64,000 nucleotides of DNA, taken from contig OZ251236.1 in NCBI GenBank assembly GCA_965240325.2, positions 186,001 to 250,000 of the forward strand, written 5' to 3'. A program made the position numbers and the translations under genes. The DNA comes from Rebecca billardiae RCC1528 (lineage: Eukaryota > Protista > Haptophyta). Below, in pieces: positions 1 to 11,483 of this stretch; position 1 is the stretch's first letter, and every line of letters begins with the position of its first letter. The notes beneath the pieces were generated by a model. It was not told the DNA's origin and ran no database searches. It worked only from the letters and a program-made list of their open reading frames with translations.

Positions 1-111
1 CTCGTGGGCGCGAGCTGGGTGGCGGCGCGCAGGCGCGCGGCGGCCGCGCTCGCCGGCGAGTACGCGCCGCTGCCCTCGGCCACCGGCGCGTCGCCCGGCA
101 GCAGGCGGTAA
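1..111 (+). CDS. 3' end of a truncated gene (probable membrane-protein tail)
   Basis: Frame 1 reads LVGASWVAARRRAAAALAGEYAPLPSATGASPGSRR* with GC-rich codons: hydrophobic end, basic stop-transfer, YxxL-like tail. Only 36 codons visible. Confidence 0.4.
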   Translation, partial: LVGASWVAARRRAAAALAGEYAPLPSATGASPGSRR

Positions 112-870
112 CGGATGCCCTCGCGGCGGGGTGCCTCGACGCGGCGGTGCCCAACGCCCGAACGCCGGCCCGCGGCGCCATAAGTCGTGACGCGCCGCCG
201 GCAACTGCTCAGCTGAGCTTCTAGCTGGATCGTCATCTGTTCGAACGCCCGGAACGGCTCAGGCGCACCTCAATGCTAGCTGGACTGAGTGCACTAGTAC
301 TACACCACCCTGGCTGATCGCATGATGCCGCCAGCCGCGATGCTCGGCAGTATGTGGCCCGGGCCCCGGGGAGTCGGGCTGTGGCGGACGAACTCGGCCA
401 ACCGTCGTCGTCGTGGGCGTTCGGTCGCGTTTGCTTTCACCGCCTTCTAATGGCCCTGTAACGGCCGGCGGGTCGCTCTGCGACACCGCCATCAGAAAGG
501 CCACAGTGGAAACCCGGGGACTTTGACCCCGCGCCCCTCTCGCGGGCTCTGGCGCGCGAACGCGTACCCACTAGTGCCCCCCGAGCCGGAGGTGGGCGCT
601 CCGTGCACCAACAAAGACATCCCCAGCCGCATGTTGCCACTCGACACCTCGTCTTGCCTCGCGCGGAGCCAACTTATTGTGGCGTGCGGGAGCCACCCGT
701 AGCACACTGGGCTGTGTAGCGACGCGCGTGGCGGGTCAACAGTGCATCGCGAAGGCGTCGCACGCGCAATCCGTTGAGTACATACTCATGTCTGTCCCAT
801 GACGTGGGCGTCGTGGCCGCCGCGTATTATTTAGCAGGCTGCTGCTTCTGTGCTGCTGCTGCCGCACTGC

Positions 871-907
<37 letters not shown>

Positions 908-920
908 GCCGCCACCGCCG

Positions 921-2369
921 CTATTGCCGCTGCCGTTGAGACGGAGACTGCCGCTCCTTCTGCTTGCGCCTCTTCGCCTTGGCGCGCGCGACGCCGCTGG
1001 GGAGCACGCGCGCGGCGGCGGCGCACGCTCTGGCCCGGCGGCAGCCGGGCCGATACTGCTCGAGGTACGCCGCGTCCCCACCGGCGCTCGCATTGAGCGC
1101 GGCCTGGAGCCCGCGCGTCGCGTCGCGCAGCGCCGCGCGCTGCCTGAGCGAGCACTTGGCGTCGGCGCGGCCCTTGACGCACAGCTGCGTCCACCAGCGG
1201 TAGGTCGCCTCGCGCGAGAAGGTGAAGGCGCGCGAGTACCGGCCTGCGCCGTGCACGCTGCCCGCGGACGCGCAGTCCGTGAACCACGGCGGCGTCGCGA
1301 TGTACTCGCGCCAGCGCGTGCCGTTGGCGCGCGCCACGTGCGCCGCCGCGGCCGCGCCCTCGCGCGCGCGCGCCCACTCGGCCTGCCACTCTGAGTGCGA
1401 GAGGGGAGGCCAGTTGGTTCCAAGGTTGACGATGCAGTGGTCGGAGATGAAGAGCGCGTCGAAGGCGGGGCGGTCGTGCCAGTGCCACGCGGCGCACTCC
1501 GCCCAGCGCGTCGCGCCGCTCACGCACGAGCGCTCCACGCGCACGCGCACGCCCGCGCGCTCGGCCGGCGCCGCGCTCACCGGCCACAGCCGCATCAGCA
1601 TGGCCGCCGCCGCCGCCGAGAGTACGTACGCGCCTGCGGACCAGATGGGCGTCCAGCAGGGCGCGCCGAGCTGCGCACCGCGCTGCGTGAGGCCGCGCTT
1701 GTCCAGCGCCGCCGCGCGCGACGGTGCCTCCGCCGACCACGCCGCGCGCGCCGCCCTCCAGTCGTTGGGCTCCATCACCGCCATCAGCTGCAGTAGCGAC
1801 CAGTCGCGCGGCAGCGTGCGCGCGAGCGCGCCGAGTGAGTCGGTGGGCGCGGCGCCGGCGGGCTCGGCGCGCCGGCCGACGGCGTGGAAGTGCACGAGCG
1901 GCGACACGTCCATGTCGTCCTCGAGGATCAGGAAGCCCGCCGCGCTCGCGCCGCCGTCGCGGCCGGCGCGCGCCGCCGAGCTGAGCGCGAGGTACGCAGC
2001 CTTCAGGTGGCTGGCCATGATGGCGTATTCGACGAGCGGTCGGCTGGCGCCCAGGCCGAGGCGTGCGAGGTAGTCGCCGTGGATCACGCCGTCCACCTCG
2101 TCCATGCGCACCGCGCGCACGCGCGTCGCGCACACGCCGGGCGCGAGGTGCGCACCGAGCTGCGCGCGCATGCGCGCCGCCTTCCGCACGTCCGCGTCCA
2201 GATTGATAAAGTACGTGGGGAGGTCGATGAAGCGGTATGCGTCCGGGCACGCGGACGCCACGCCGCACGTGCGGTCCGCGAGCTCGCGCGCGAGCTCGCC
2301 CGCGGGCGCCGCCGGGACGGACGCGAGCATGATCGCCACGAGCAATTGCGTGCGCGCGGCCGCCGCCAT
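921..2369 (-). CDS. Glycosyltransferase family 25-like protein
   Basis: 482-aa ORF with N-terminal signal/anchor and GT25-type motifs YFINLD, ASHLKAAY, FLILEDD and SAGAYVLS. Confidence 0.75.
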   Translation of the reverse strand: MAAAARTQLLVAIMLASVPAAPAGELARELADRTCGVASACPDAYRFIDLPTYFINLDADVRKAARMRAQLGAHLAPGVCATRVRAVRMDEVDGVIHGDYLARLGLGASRPLVEYAIMASHLKAAYLALSSAARAGRDGGASAAGFLILEDDMDVSPLVHFHAVGRRAEPAGAAPTDSLGALARTLPRDWSLLQLMAVMEPNDWRAARAAWSAEAPSRAAALDKRGLTQRGAQLGAPCWTPIWSAGAYVLSAAAAAMLMRLWPVSAAPAERAGVRVRVERSCVSGATRWAECAAWHWHDRPAFDALFISDHCIVNLGTNWPPLSHSEWQAEWARAREGAAAAAHVARANGTRWREYIATPPWFTDCASAGSVHGAGRYSRAFTFSREATYRWWTQLCVKGRADAKCSLRQRAALRDATRGLQAALNASAGGDAAYLEQYRPGCRRARACAAAARVLPSGVARAKAKRRKQKERQSPSQRQRQ

Positions 2370-2404
2370 CGTGGACCTCCAGTCGCGGCGGCGGGGGACC
2401 GCGC

Positions 2405-3271
2405 ATGCACATGGCGAGCCGCAGGGTCAGGACGTGCGATGAGGCTGGCTGTGTGAAGCTGCCATTCTTTGGCATGCCGGGCGAGGCGCGCAGCCGGTGC
2501 GCATCACACAAGCTGGCCGGCATGGTCAATGTGGTGAGCCGCAGGTGCGATGAGGCCGGCTGTGTGAAGCAGCCCGCATTCGGCATGCCGGGTGATGCGC
2601 ACGGCAGCCGGTGCGCCGCGCACAAGCTGGCCGGCATGGTAAACGTGAAGAGCCGCAGGTGCGTTGAGGCTGGCTGCACAAAGGTGCCATTCTTTGGCAT
2701 GCCGGGTGATGCGCGCGGCAGCCGGTGCGCATTGCACAAGCTCACAGGCATGCTTCTGCTATCGCATGTGAGCAAGGGCGTTCACATGGCCAAGGGCTCT
2801 GGCGCAATGCCCACCCAGATCGGGCCCAGCAAACGCCCCCTCACACAGCACTGCGATGCCGATGGACCTACGCGTGCTGCGCATGCAAGGACCAGCATTG
2901 GCCGGCTTCCTGCCAATGCCACGACGGCCGAGCTGCAAGTCGAGCCGACTGTGTCTACAATGCTACCCATTGTAGTGGCAGTGGGCGAAGAATTCATCAT
3001 CTCCTCGATCTTGGGCTCGATGCCGCCGCAATCGTCAGTGGCTCTCCATCAGCCTCAGGATCGTCCATCAGTGGTGTCACCAACGGTCGTCCTCCCTCAT
3101 CTGCCAGAGCTCCCAGCAGTGGTGACTGTGGGTGAGATCGAATTTCGGCTACTTGATGGCCGCTCAGACGACATGCCCGGCGGTGACATGGCTGTATGTA
3201 CGCGCGCGCGCGCGCTCTGTCTCTCTCTCTCTCGCTATACCTATAGAGGCGCGCCCTCATCACTGGTCTGA
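2405..3271 (+). CDS. EsV-1-7 cysteine-rich repeat protein
   Basis: Three 37-38-aa repeats C-x-EAGC-x-K-x-PxFGMPG...RCAxHKLAGMVNV starting at 2435, 2546 and 2660. The 3' end is uncertain (possible intron ~3198-3247). Confidence 0.7.
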   Translation: MHMASRRVRTCDEAGCVKLPFFGMPGEARSRCASHKLAGMVNVVSRRCDEAGCVKQPAFGMPGDAHGSRCAAHKLAGMVNVKSRRCVEAGCTKVPFFGMPGDARGSRCALHKLTGMLLLSHVSKGVHMAKGSGAMPTQIGPSKRPLTQHCDADGPTRAAHARTSIGRLPANATTAELQVEPTVSTMLPIVVAVGEEFIISSILGSMPPQSSVALHQPQDRPSVVSPTVVLPHLPELPAVVTVGEIEFRLLDGRSDDMPGGDMAVCTRARALCLSLSRYTYRGAPSSLV

Positions 3272-3562
3272 GCGGTCGTCGTCTTGGCCGCGGCGCCCTT
3301 CGAGGCTGGCGGCGAGCCGCGCTGCCAAGTCACTGGCCGCAGTGACTCTCGAGTCTCGTGCGGCGTGCCTGCTGATGGATGCAATAATATATATATAAGC
3401 AGGGCGGCCTATATACCGCCCGCAATATATCGGTCTAAATAATATCAATCTGACTGCTCGAGAGCACGACTCAAGTAGTAGCGCGCTATAAGAGTCATCG
3501 CGTCAAGACGAGGGCTCATCACTGTCATCACATTGACTCGTCAAGACCGATGACGAACGACA

Positions 3563-5329
3563 TCAGAGCTGCTGCTGTGAGCGGTAGGTGATGGCGGTCT
3601 CGGTGACACTGGGCCTCATCGCAGTCTCCGGTGGCGCTGCTGCTGCTGCTGCTGCGTCTTGCTGCGGCATCTCTTGCTGCGGCCTGGGTTGGCGGGCTAG
3701 CTCGCATTCGTCGTCACCATGACCGTCGTCATCGGACGATGATGATGACCTCGTCGTCTCCGCCTCGCAGTTGCCCATCGAATCCGGCGCCCTTCTCCCT
3801 TCAGGCGTCCACACTGATCGTCCCAGCACGCTTTGCAGGCCAGTGGACGCGGCCTCGCAGAAGTCCCCACTGGCCGGACCTGATGAGCAGCCCGCCGCCG
3901 CCATACTCGTTGGGCTGGTGCGCGCAGCAGAGTTGACGAGCGTCTCCTGGCCGATCAGAGCGTACCAGAGCCCTGAGCCGATGCTCACGGCAGCAGCAAA
4001 CGCGCATCCGGCTGCAAGCGACCAGCGCTGAGCGCACGCTGCGCACACCAACGGCCCGAGGAAGCCAGCGCAGCCCGTCATCATCTTGACCACTCCAAGG
4101 AATTTCCCGCGTGCTTCCGGGGGCGAGACATCCGCAGCTAGCGTTGTTTGCAAGCCGCCTCCAAGCCCGTTGCCAGCGCCCAGGACGGCGGCGGACAGCC
4201 AGAGGCCCCTCGGCGAGGCTGAGATGGCGAGGAGGCAGTAGCCCGCGCCAAGCAGGATGAAGCAGGGCACGCCGCTTGCCTTGCGCCCCACGCCATCCAT
4301 CAGCGCTGCCGAGAGCGGCACAGTCAATGTGTCGAGCAGCAGCACCATGCCCAGCATCAGGCCAGTTGTCACCCCACTTAGCCCTGCTGCCATGGCGGCA
4401 AGAGGGAGAAGGAGCTCGCGAGTGGTGTTGTTGAAGACGATGCACACAAGCGGGATGGCGACGCGCGACAGCCTGGACCACGTGGAGCCACCGACATCGT
4501 CGACGCCAGCCTCCTCCGCCCTTGCTGCTCCGCCACGCTCGCTGTCGTCGTCGCCGCCACCAGGATCAGCGGCGGCACTGCTCGTCGGTGACGGTGGCGC
4601 CGCAGGAGTGCTCGCCGTGGACCCAGCTGCCGCGCCGCCGGTCGAGCTCGATGCAGCCAGAGTCCTGGCTTCCTCCAGGTCCCTGCTGGCGCTCGAGCGC
4701 GCGCGGAGGTCCATCACAGCATGCGATGCGATGAAGAGCAGAAGTGCCGCCGCAAACATGGCCGTCTGCCCGCTGTATGCGCCCCTCGACGTGCCGGCTG
4801 CGAGAATCAGAGCCGAGGCGAGGGGCGGGCCGAGCGCCATGGAGCCACGAAGGCAGACGTTCATGCCGCCGGCCAAGCGCCCACGGAACGCACGCGGCAC
4901 CGCGTCGCCGATGCACCACTGCTTGGCGATATTGATCAGGGTGTTGCACACGCCCTCAAGCAGCGCGCACACTGCAAAGAGCCACAACCGGGCTGCGTAC
5001 ACACGCGCGGCCGAGAGGCCGCACCACGTGGCGAGAGCCACGCCTATCGACGCCCTGACCCCGACCGCGTCGACCACCATGCCCACTGCCACACTTGACA
5101 GGAACATGCCGAGCTTGCGCAGGGAGACGACAAGGCCAATTTCGGCCACGCTCGCGCCGAGCGAGCTCAGGATGATCGGGAGCACGGCCATCGCCATGGT
5201 TTGGCCCATGCCCTGCGCGAGGATGGGCAAGAAGAGAGGTCCAGCCAGCTGGCGAAAGAGGCCACACAGGGCGCAGCTTCCGTCGACCGGGCCACGTGGG
5301 CGCGGGCCGGCGCTGGTGGCAGACGCCAT
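3563..5329 (-). CDS. Major facilitator superfamily transporter
   Basis: 588-aa ORF with two blocks of ~6 hydrophobic helices split by a low-complexity loop. MFS motif-A-like GMVVDAVGVR and ALMDGVGRK, plus PPEARGKFLG. Confidence 0.85.
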   Translation of the reverse strand: MASATSAGPRPRGPVDGSCALCGLFRQLAGPLFLPILAQGMGQTMAMAVLPIILSSLGASVAEIGLVVSLRKLGMFLSSVAVGMVVDAVGVRASIGVALATWCGLSAARVYAARLWLFAVCALLEGVCNTLINIAKQWCIGDAVPRAFRGRLAGGMNVCLRGSMALGPPLASALILAAGTSRGAYSGQTAMFAAALLLFIASHAVMDLRARSSASRDLEEARTLAASSSTGGAAAGSTASTPAAPPSPTSSAAADPGGGDDDSERGGAARAEEAGVDDVGGSTWSRLSRVAIPLVCIVFNNTTRELLLPLAAMAAGLSGVTTGLMLGMVLLLDTLTVPLSAALMDGVGRKASGVPCFILLGAGYCLLAISASPRGLWLSAAVLGAGNGLGGGLQTTLAADVSPPEARGKFLGVVKMMTGCAGFLGPLVCAACAQRWSLAAGCAFAAAVSIGSGLWYALIGQETLVNSAARTSPTSMAAAGCSSGPASGDFCEAASTGLQSVLGRSVWTPEGRRAPDSMGNCEAETTRSSSSSDDDGHGDDECELARQPRPQQEMPQQDAAAAAAAPPETAMRPSVTETAITYRSQQQL

Positions 5330-6166
5330 GATATGGTCGACAGTTCGTCAAACAATAAGGTCTGGCGCTCTGCAGTGGCGGATGCCAGCTGAAACTGGGG
5401 CTTTTGGCCCAGTTTGCGATGGCACAGTGGGGGGCTTCGCGGGTCAGTAAACTGGGGAAAAGCCTCAGTTTCAGATGGCACGCGCCCACTGCGGCCGTGC
5501 CATCGCAAACTGGGCCGAATCGCCCAGTTTGCGTGTGCACGGGGACGCACTGCGGCCGGCTGCAACTTGGCTCAGCATGGGGCAGCTGTCCACAGCACAG
5601 GCGGGGCGTCACCGCCTGCGGGCCGCCGGTGGGCAGGGCCGACGGCGTCGCAGAGCTCATGCGTGGGAGCGGCGCGTTGAGAAGGCAACCAAGGTCGAGA
5701 AGGAGGGGGCAAGGCCGGCAAGCAGCAGGGGCCACCGGTACGTTCGTACATGCCTCCACACCGGTGCACATCACCCTTGCTCGCGGCCGTGACCTGTGCT
5801 GGCACTCACCTCATCATCGCCCACCATGCAGTGGCGGCCGAGCTAAGGCGAATACTCACAGGCACCGAACACGCATCGGCGGTGCCCACTGGTGCTGGCA
5901 TGCTGTCCTCTACTTGCTGTCGGACAGCAAGCGGAGACGGCACCGCCGCAGCTGCGAGCGGGTGAGGTGCTGCTCTGCTCAGCGAGGCTGAGAGGCTGAG
6001 CACGGATCACGGATGGTGAGCCCTGGTCTCTCAACGCATCCAGGAGAGCAGTTGGTGCATAACTGTGCTCAGGCGTGCAGGACCAACCATCCGGTGCTGC
6101 TTCAAGCACCCGCGCCAACAGCGGCGGTACTCAACTCCACGCTGCTCATGCGGCCACACAGCTGCA

Positions 6167-9110
6167 GGGATGGTGCCACGGCGGGCGGCGGCGGTCGACG
6201 CAGCTGTCAGCTCGGCGGTGCGCGCCCGAGGGGCCTAGGCGACGAACGCGCCGAGCGCGGTGTGGCTGCTCGCTTCGCCCAGCGCGCGCGAGCCGCTGCC
6301 ATCGGGCGCTGCTGCGCCCGCGCCCAGCCGGGGCAGCAGCAGCTGCGCTCGACTCCGCGCCGAGTGCGGCGGCAGCAGCGGGGATGGTGCCACGGCGGGC
6401 GGCGGCGGTCGCTGGAGCTGGCAGCTCGGTGGTGTGCGCCCGAGGAGCCTGGGCGCTGGGCGCACCGAGCGCGGTGACGCTGCTCGCCTCGCCCAACGCG
6501 CTGGAGCCGCTGCCACCGGGCGCCGCTGCGCCCGCGCCCAGCTTGGGCAGCAGCAGCTGCGCTCGACTCCGCGCCGAGTGCGGCGGCAGCAGCAGGGATG
6601 GTGACACGGCGGGCGGCGGCGGTCGCTGGAGCTGGCAGCTCGGTGGTGCGCGCCCGAGGAGCCTGGGCGCTGGGCGCACCGAGCGCGGTGACGCTGCTCG
6701 CCTCGCCCAACGCGCTGGAGCCGCTGCCATCGGGCGCTGCTGCGCCCGCGCCCAGCCGGGGCAGCAGCAGCTGCGCTCGACTCCGCGCCGAGTGCGGCGG
6801 CAGCAGCGGGGATGGTGCCACGGCGGGCGGCGGCGGTCGCTGGAGCTGGCAGCTCGGTGGTGTGCGCCCGAGGAGCCTGGGCGCTGGGCGCACCGAGCGC
6901 GGTGACGCTGCTCGCCTCGCCCAACGCGCTGGAGCCGCTGCCATCGGGCGCTGCTGCGCCCGCGCCCAGCCGGGGCAGCAGCAGCTGCGCTCGACTCCGC
7001 GCCGAGTGCGGCGGCAGCAGCGGGGATGGTGCCACGGCGGGCGGCGGCGGTCGCTGGAGCTGGCAGCTCGGTGGTGTGCGCCCGAGGAGCCTGGGCGCTG
7101 GGCGCACCGAGCGCGGTGACGCTGCTCGCCTCGCCCAACGCGCTGGAGCCGCTGCCACCGGGCGCCGCTGCGCCCGCGCCCAGCTTGGGCAGCAGCAGCT
7201 GCGCTCGACTCCGCGCCGAGTGCGGCGGCAGCAGCAGGGATGGTGACACGGCGGGCGGCGGCGGTCGCTGGAGCTGGCAGCTCGGTGGTGCGCGCCCGTG
7301 GAGCCTGGGCGCTGGGCGCACCGAGCGCGGTGACGCTGCTCGCCTCGCCCAACGCGCTGGAGCCGCTGCCATCGGGCGCTGCGCTGCCCGCGCCCAGCTT
7401 GGGCAGCAGCAGCTGCGCTCGACTCCGCGCCGAGTGCGGCGGCAGCAGCAGGGATGGTGACACGGCGGGCGGCGGCGGTCGCTGGAGCTGGCAGCTCGGT
7501 GGTGCGCGCCCGAGGAGCCTGGGCGCTGGGCGCACCGAGCGCGGTGACGCTGCTCGCCTCGCCCAACGCGCTGGAGCCGCTGCCACCGGGCGCCGCTGCG
7601 CCCGCGCCCAGCTTGGGCAGCAGCAGCTGCGCTCGACTCCGCGCCGAGTGCGGCGGCAGCAGCAGGGATGGTGACACGGCGGGCGGCGGCGGTCGCTGGA
7701 GCTGGCAGCTCGGTGGTGCGCGCCCGTGGAGCCTGGGCGCTGGGCGCACCGAGCGCGGTGACGCTGCTCGCCTCGCCCAACGCGCTGGAGCCGCTGCCAT
7801 CGGGCGCTGCGCTGCCCGCGCCCAGCTTGGGCAGCAGCAGCTGCGCTCGACTCCGCGCCGAGTGCGGCGGCAGCAGCAGGGATGGTGACACGGCGGGCGG
7901 CGGCGGTCGCTGGAGCTGGCAGCTCGGTGGTGCGCGCCCGAGGAGCCTGGGCGCTGGGCGCACCGAGCGCGGTGACGCTGCTCGCCTCGCCCAACGCGCT
8001 GGAGCCGCTGCCATCGGGCGCTGCGCTGCCCGCGCCCAGCTTGGGCAGCAGCAGCTGCGCTCGACTCCGCGCCGAGTGCGGCGGCAGCAGCAGGGATGGT
8101 GCCACGGCGGGCGGCGGCGGTCGCTGGAGCTGGCAGCTCGGTGGTGTGCGCCCGAGGAGCCTGGGCGCTGGGCGCACCGAGCGCGGTGACGCTGCTCGCC
8201 TCGCCCAGCGCGCTCGAGCCGCTGCCACCGGGCGCGGCTGCGCCCGCGCCCAGCTTGGGCAGCAGCAGCTGCGCTCGACTCCGCGCCGAGTGCGGCGGCA
8301 GCAGCAGGGATGGTGCCACGGCGGGCGGCGGCGGTCGCTGGAGCTGGCAGCTCGGTGGTGCGCGCCCGAGGAGCCTGGGCGCTGGGCGCACCGAGCGCGG
8401 TGACGCTGCTCGCCTCGCCCAGCGCGCTGGAGCCGCTGCCATCGGGCGCTGCTGCGCCCGCGCCCAGCCGGGGCAGCAGCAGCTGCGCTCGACTCCGCGC
8501 CGCGTGCGGCGGCAGCAGCAGGGATGGTGCCACGGCGGGCGGCGGGGGTCGCTGCAGCTGAAAGCTCGTTGGTGCCTGCCCGATGGGCCTGGGCGCTGGG
8601 CGCACCGAGCGCGGTGACGCTGCTCGCCTCGCCCAGCGCGCTCGAGCCGCTGCCACCGGGCGCCGCTGCGCCCGCGCCCAGCCGGGGCAGCAGCAGCTGC
8701 GCTCGACTCCGCGCCGAGTGCGGCGGCAGCAGCAGGGATGGTGCCACGGCGGGCTGTGGCAGTCGCTGGAGCTGGCAGCTCGGTGGTGCGCGCCCGAGGA
8801 GCCTGGGCGCTGGGCGCACCGAGCGCGGTGACGCTGCTCGCCTCGCCCAGCGCGCTCGAGCCGCTGCCATCGGGCGCTGCTGCGCCCGCGCCCAGCTTGG
8901 GCAGCAGCAGCTGCGCTCGACTCCGCGCCGAGTGCGGCGGCAGCAGCAGGGATGGTGACACGGCGGGCGGCGGCGGTCGCTGCAGCTGGCAGCTCGGTGG
9001 TGCGCGCCCGAGGAGCCTGGGCGCTGGGCGCACCGAGCGCGGTGACGCTGCTCGCCTCGCCCAGCGCGCTGGTGAGTCGCTGCCACCCGGCGCTGCGCTG
9101 TCTGCGCCCA
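6167..9110 (+). repeat. 214-bp tandem repeat, ~14 copies (left arm)
   Basis: GGGATGGTG anchor recurs at 6167, 6381, 6595 ... 8949, exactly 214 bp apart. Confidence 0.95.
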
Positions 9111-9969
9111 GCCGGAGCAGCTGCAGCAGCTCAGATCGTCAGCACCGTCGCGACTGCTCGGTCGATGCGTATGATGAACTAGATGAGTGACCCGCTGACT
9201 CGCTGTCAGCAGTCGCAGCCTCGCAGCGCGGCCGGCCGCCGCGTTAACCCGCCGGTAAACGACCGCGCGCGGTCGGTTATTGCGGAATGCGGGGGCGGGG
9301 CAGCCGGTCAGAGCCGCGAGCCGAGCGGCTACTGAGTACTGTGTCATCACCGTCCGGTCTCCGACTCCGGAGTCGCGTCCCGCCGTCCGATCGGGGATAT
9401 TCGGGCGATCCGGTTACGCGGACCCGATCTCCGAGGAGTTGGTCATAATGTACTATATATATATGCAGCAGACCGACAACTGGTATAGAGGGCTCATGGC
9501 ACTGCATGCGCAGCCGCAGCAGCTATATATATATATATATATATAATGCGCGCCGCTCGGTCATCGGAGCAGAGTGATGAATTCGTCTGGCGTCATCTGC
9601 GCTACTATACTTATTATAAATTCTTAGCTGCGCTCAAATTCGCGCCGTCATATTCGGAGCAGACTACGGTATTCGATGCTGATGATGATGCTGATGATGC
9701 CGATGTATCGCGCGACGACGATATAGCAGTCGTCCATATCCGCCAATACCGGCCGGGCTGTGCTCGGCACTCCGCGACTCGCGAGTCCGGATCACCTACG
9801 GGCACGGCACTACTCCGCCCCGAGTACGACCACTGACTACGCCATCCGAGGCATATCGGCACGGCTGGGCTGCTGCCTGCGGCCCGGCACAAGCGACTCG
9901 CTCATCTACTTCATACGCAGCGACCGAGCAGCAGTCGCAGTAATCTGCTGAGCAGCAGCAGTTAATCAC

Positions 9970-11483
9970 CAGCCTGCTGCTGCTGCTGCCTGCCACGACG
10001 CGGCACGCGGCGTGGAGTCGAGCGCAGAGTCTGCAGCTGCCCGGGCGGTGCAGCAGCATCAGATGGCAGCGGCTCGAGCGCGGTGGGCGAGGCGAGCAGC
10101 GTCACCGCGCTCAGTGCGTCCACCGCCCAGGCCCCTGAAGCACGAACCGCCGGGGTGTCAGCTCCAGCGACCGCCGCCGGCCGCCGTGGCACCATCCCCG
10201 CTGCTGCCGCCGCACGCGGTGGGAAGTCGAGCGCAGCTGCTGCTGCCCAAGCGGGGCGCAGGCGCAGCAGCATCGGATGGCAGCGGCTCCAGCGCGCTGC
10301 GGGAAGCGAGCGGCGTCACCGCGCTCGGTGCGCCAAATGCCTAGCCCCCTCGGGCGCGCACCGCCGGGCTTTGAGCTCCAGCGACCGCCGCCGCCAGACG
10401 TGGCACCATCCCTGCTGCTGCTGCCGCACGCGGCGCGGAGTTGAGCGCAGCTGCTGCTGCCCCGGCTGGGCGCGGGCGCAGCAGCGCCCGATGGCAGCGG
10501 CTCGAGCGCGCTGGGCGAGGCGAGCAGCGTCACCGCGCTCGGTGCGCCCAGCGCCCAGGCTCCTCGGGCGCGCACCACCGAGCTGCCAGCTCCAGCACCT
10601 GCCACAGCCCGCCGTGGCACCATCCCCGCTGCTGCCGCCGCACTCGGCGCGGAGTCGAGCGCAGCTGCTGCTGCCCAAGCTGGGCGCGGGCGCAGCAGCG
10701 CCCGATGGCAGCGGCTCGAGCGCGCTGGGCGAGGCGAGCAGCGTCACCGCGCTCGGTGCGCCCAGCGCCCAGGCTCCTCGGGCGCGCACCACCGAGCTGC
10801 CAGCTCCAGCGACTGCCACAGCCCGCCGTGTCACCATCCCTGCTGCTGCCGCCGCACTCGGCGCGGAGTCGAGCGCAGCTGCTGCTGCCCAAGCTGGGCG
10901 CGGGCAGCGCAGCGCCCGATGGCAGCGGCTCGAGCGCGTTGGGCGAGGCGAGCAGCGTCACCGCGCTCGGTGCGCCCAGCGCCCAGGCCCATCGGGCAGG
11001 CACCACCGAGCTGCCAGCTCCAGCGACCGCCGCCGCCCGCCGTGGCACCATCCCCGCTGCTGCCGCCGCACTCGGCGCGGAGTCGAGCGCAGCTGCTGCT
11101 GCCCCGGCTGGGCGCGGGCGCAGCGGCGCCCGGTGGCAGCGGCTCCAGCGCGCTGGGCGAGGCGAGCAGCGTCACCGCGCTCGGTGCGCCCAGCGCCCAG
11201 GCTCCTCGGGCGCGCACCACCGAGCTGCCAGCTGCAGCGACTGCCGCAGCCCGCCGTGGCACCATCCCTGCTGCTGCCGCCGCACTCGGCGAGGAGTTGA
11301 GTACAGCTGCTGCTGCCCGCGCTGGGCGCGGGCGCAGCGGCACCCGATGGCAGCGGCTCGCGCGCGCTGGGCGAAGCGAGCAGCCACACCGCGCTCGGCG
11401 CGTTCGTCGCCTAGGCCCCTCGGGCGCGCACCGCCGAGCTGACAGCTGCGTCGACCGCCGCCGCCCGCCGTGGCACCATCCCT
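9970..11483 (-). repeat. 214-bp tandem repeat, ~7 copies (right arm, inverted)
   Basis: CCATCCC anchor at about 10192, 10406, 10620, 10834, 11048, 11262 and 11476. Confidence 0.95.

Noticed and set aside
490-720. Possible structured ncRNA
   Set aside because: No recognisable tRNA, snRNA or snoRNA motifs; hairpins are expected at this GC content.
736-2775. 679-aa minus ORF and the many R/A/G-rich overlapping or antisense ORFs across the window
   Set aside because: Shadow frames of real genes in very GC-rich DNA; no motifs.
5365-5383. Calling the 7-kb element a hAT transposon from its CAGTGGCGGAT motif
   Set aside because: The 8 bp outside the motif are inverted (GCGCTCTG / CAGAGCGC), not a direct TSD, so the superfamily is left unassigned.
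6146-9350. Three long minus-strand ORFs (836, 932, 1047 aa) and their mirror ORFs at 10083-11574
   Set aside because: Products of a stop-free 214-bp GC-rich satellite; the unit is not a multiple of 3 and no protein motifs are present.
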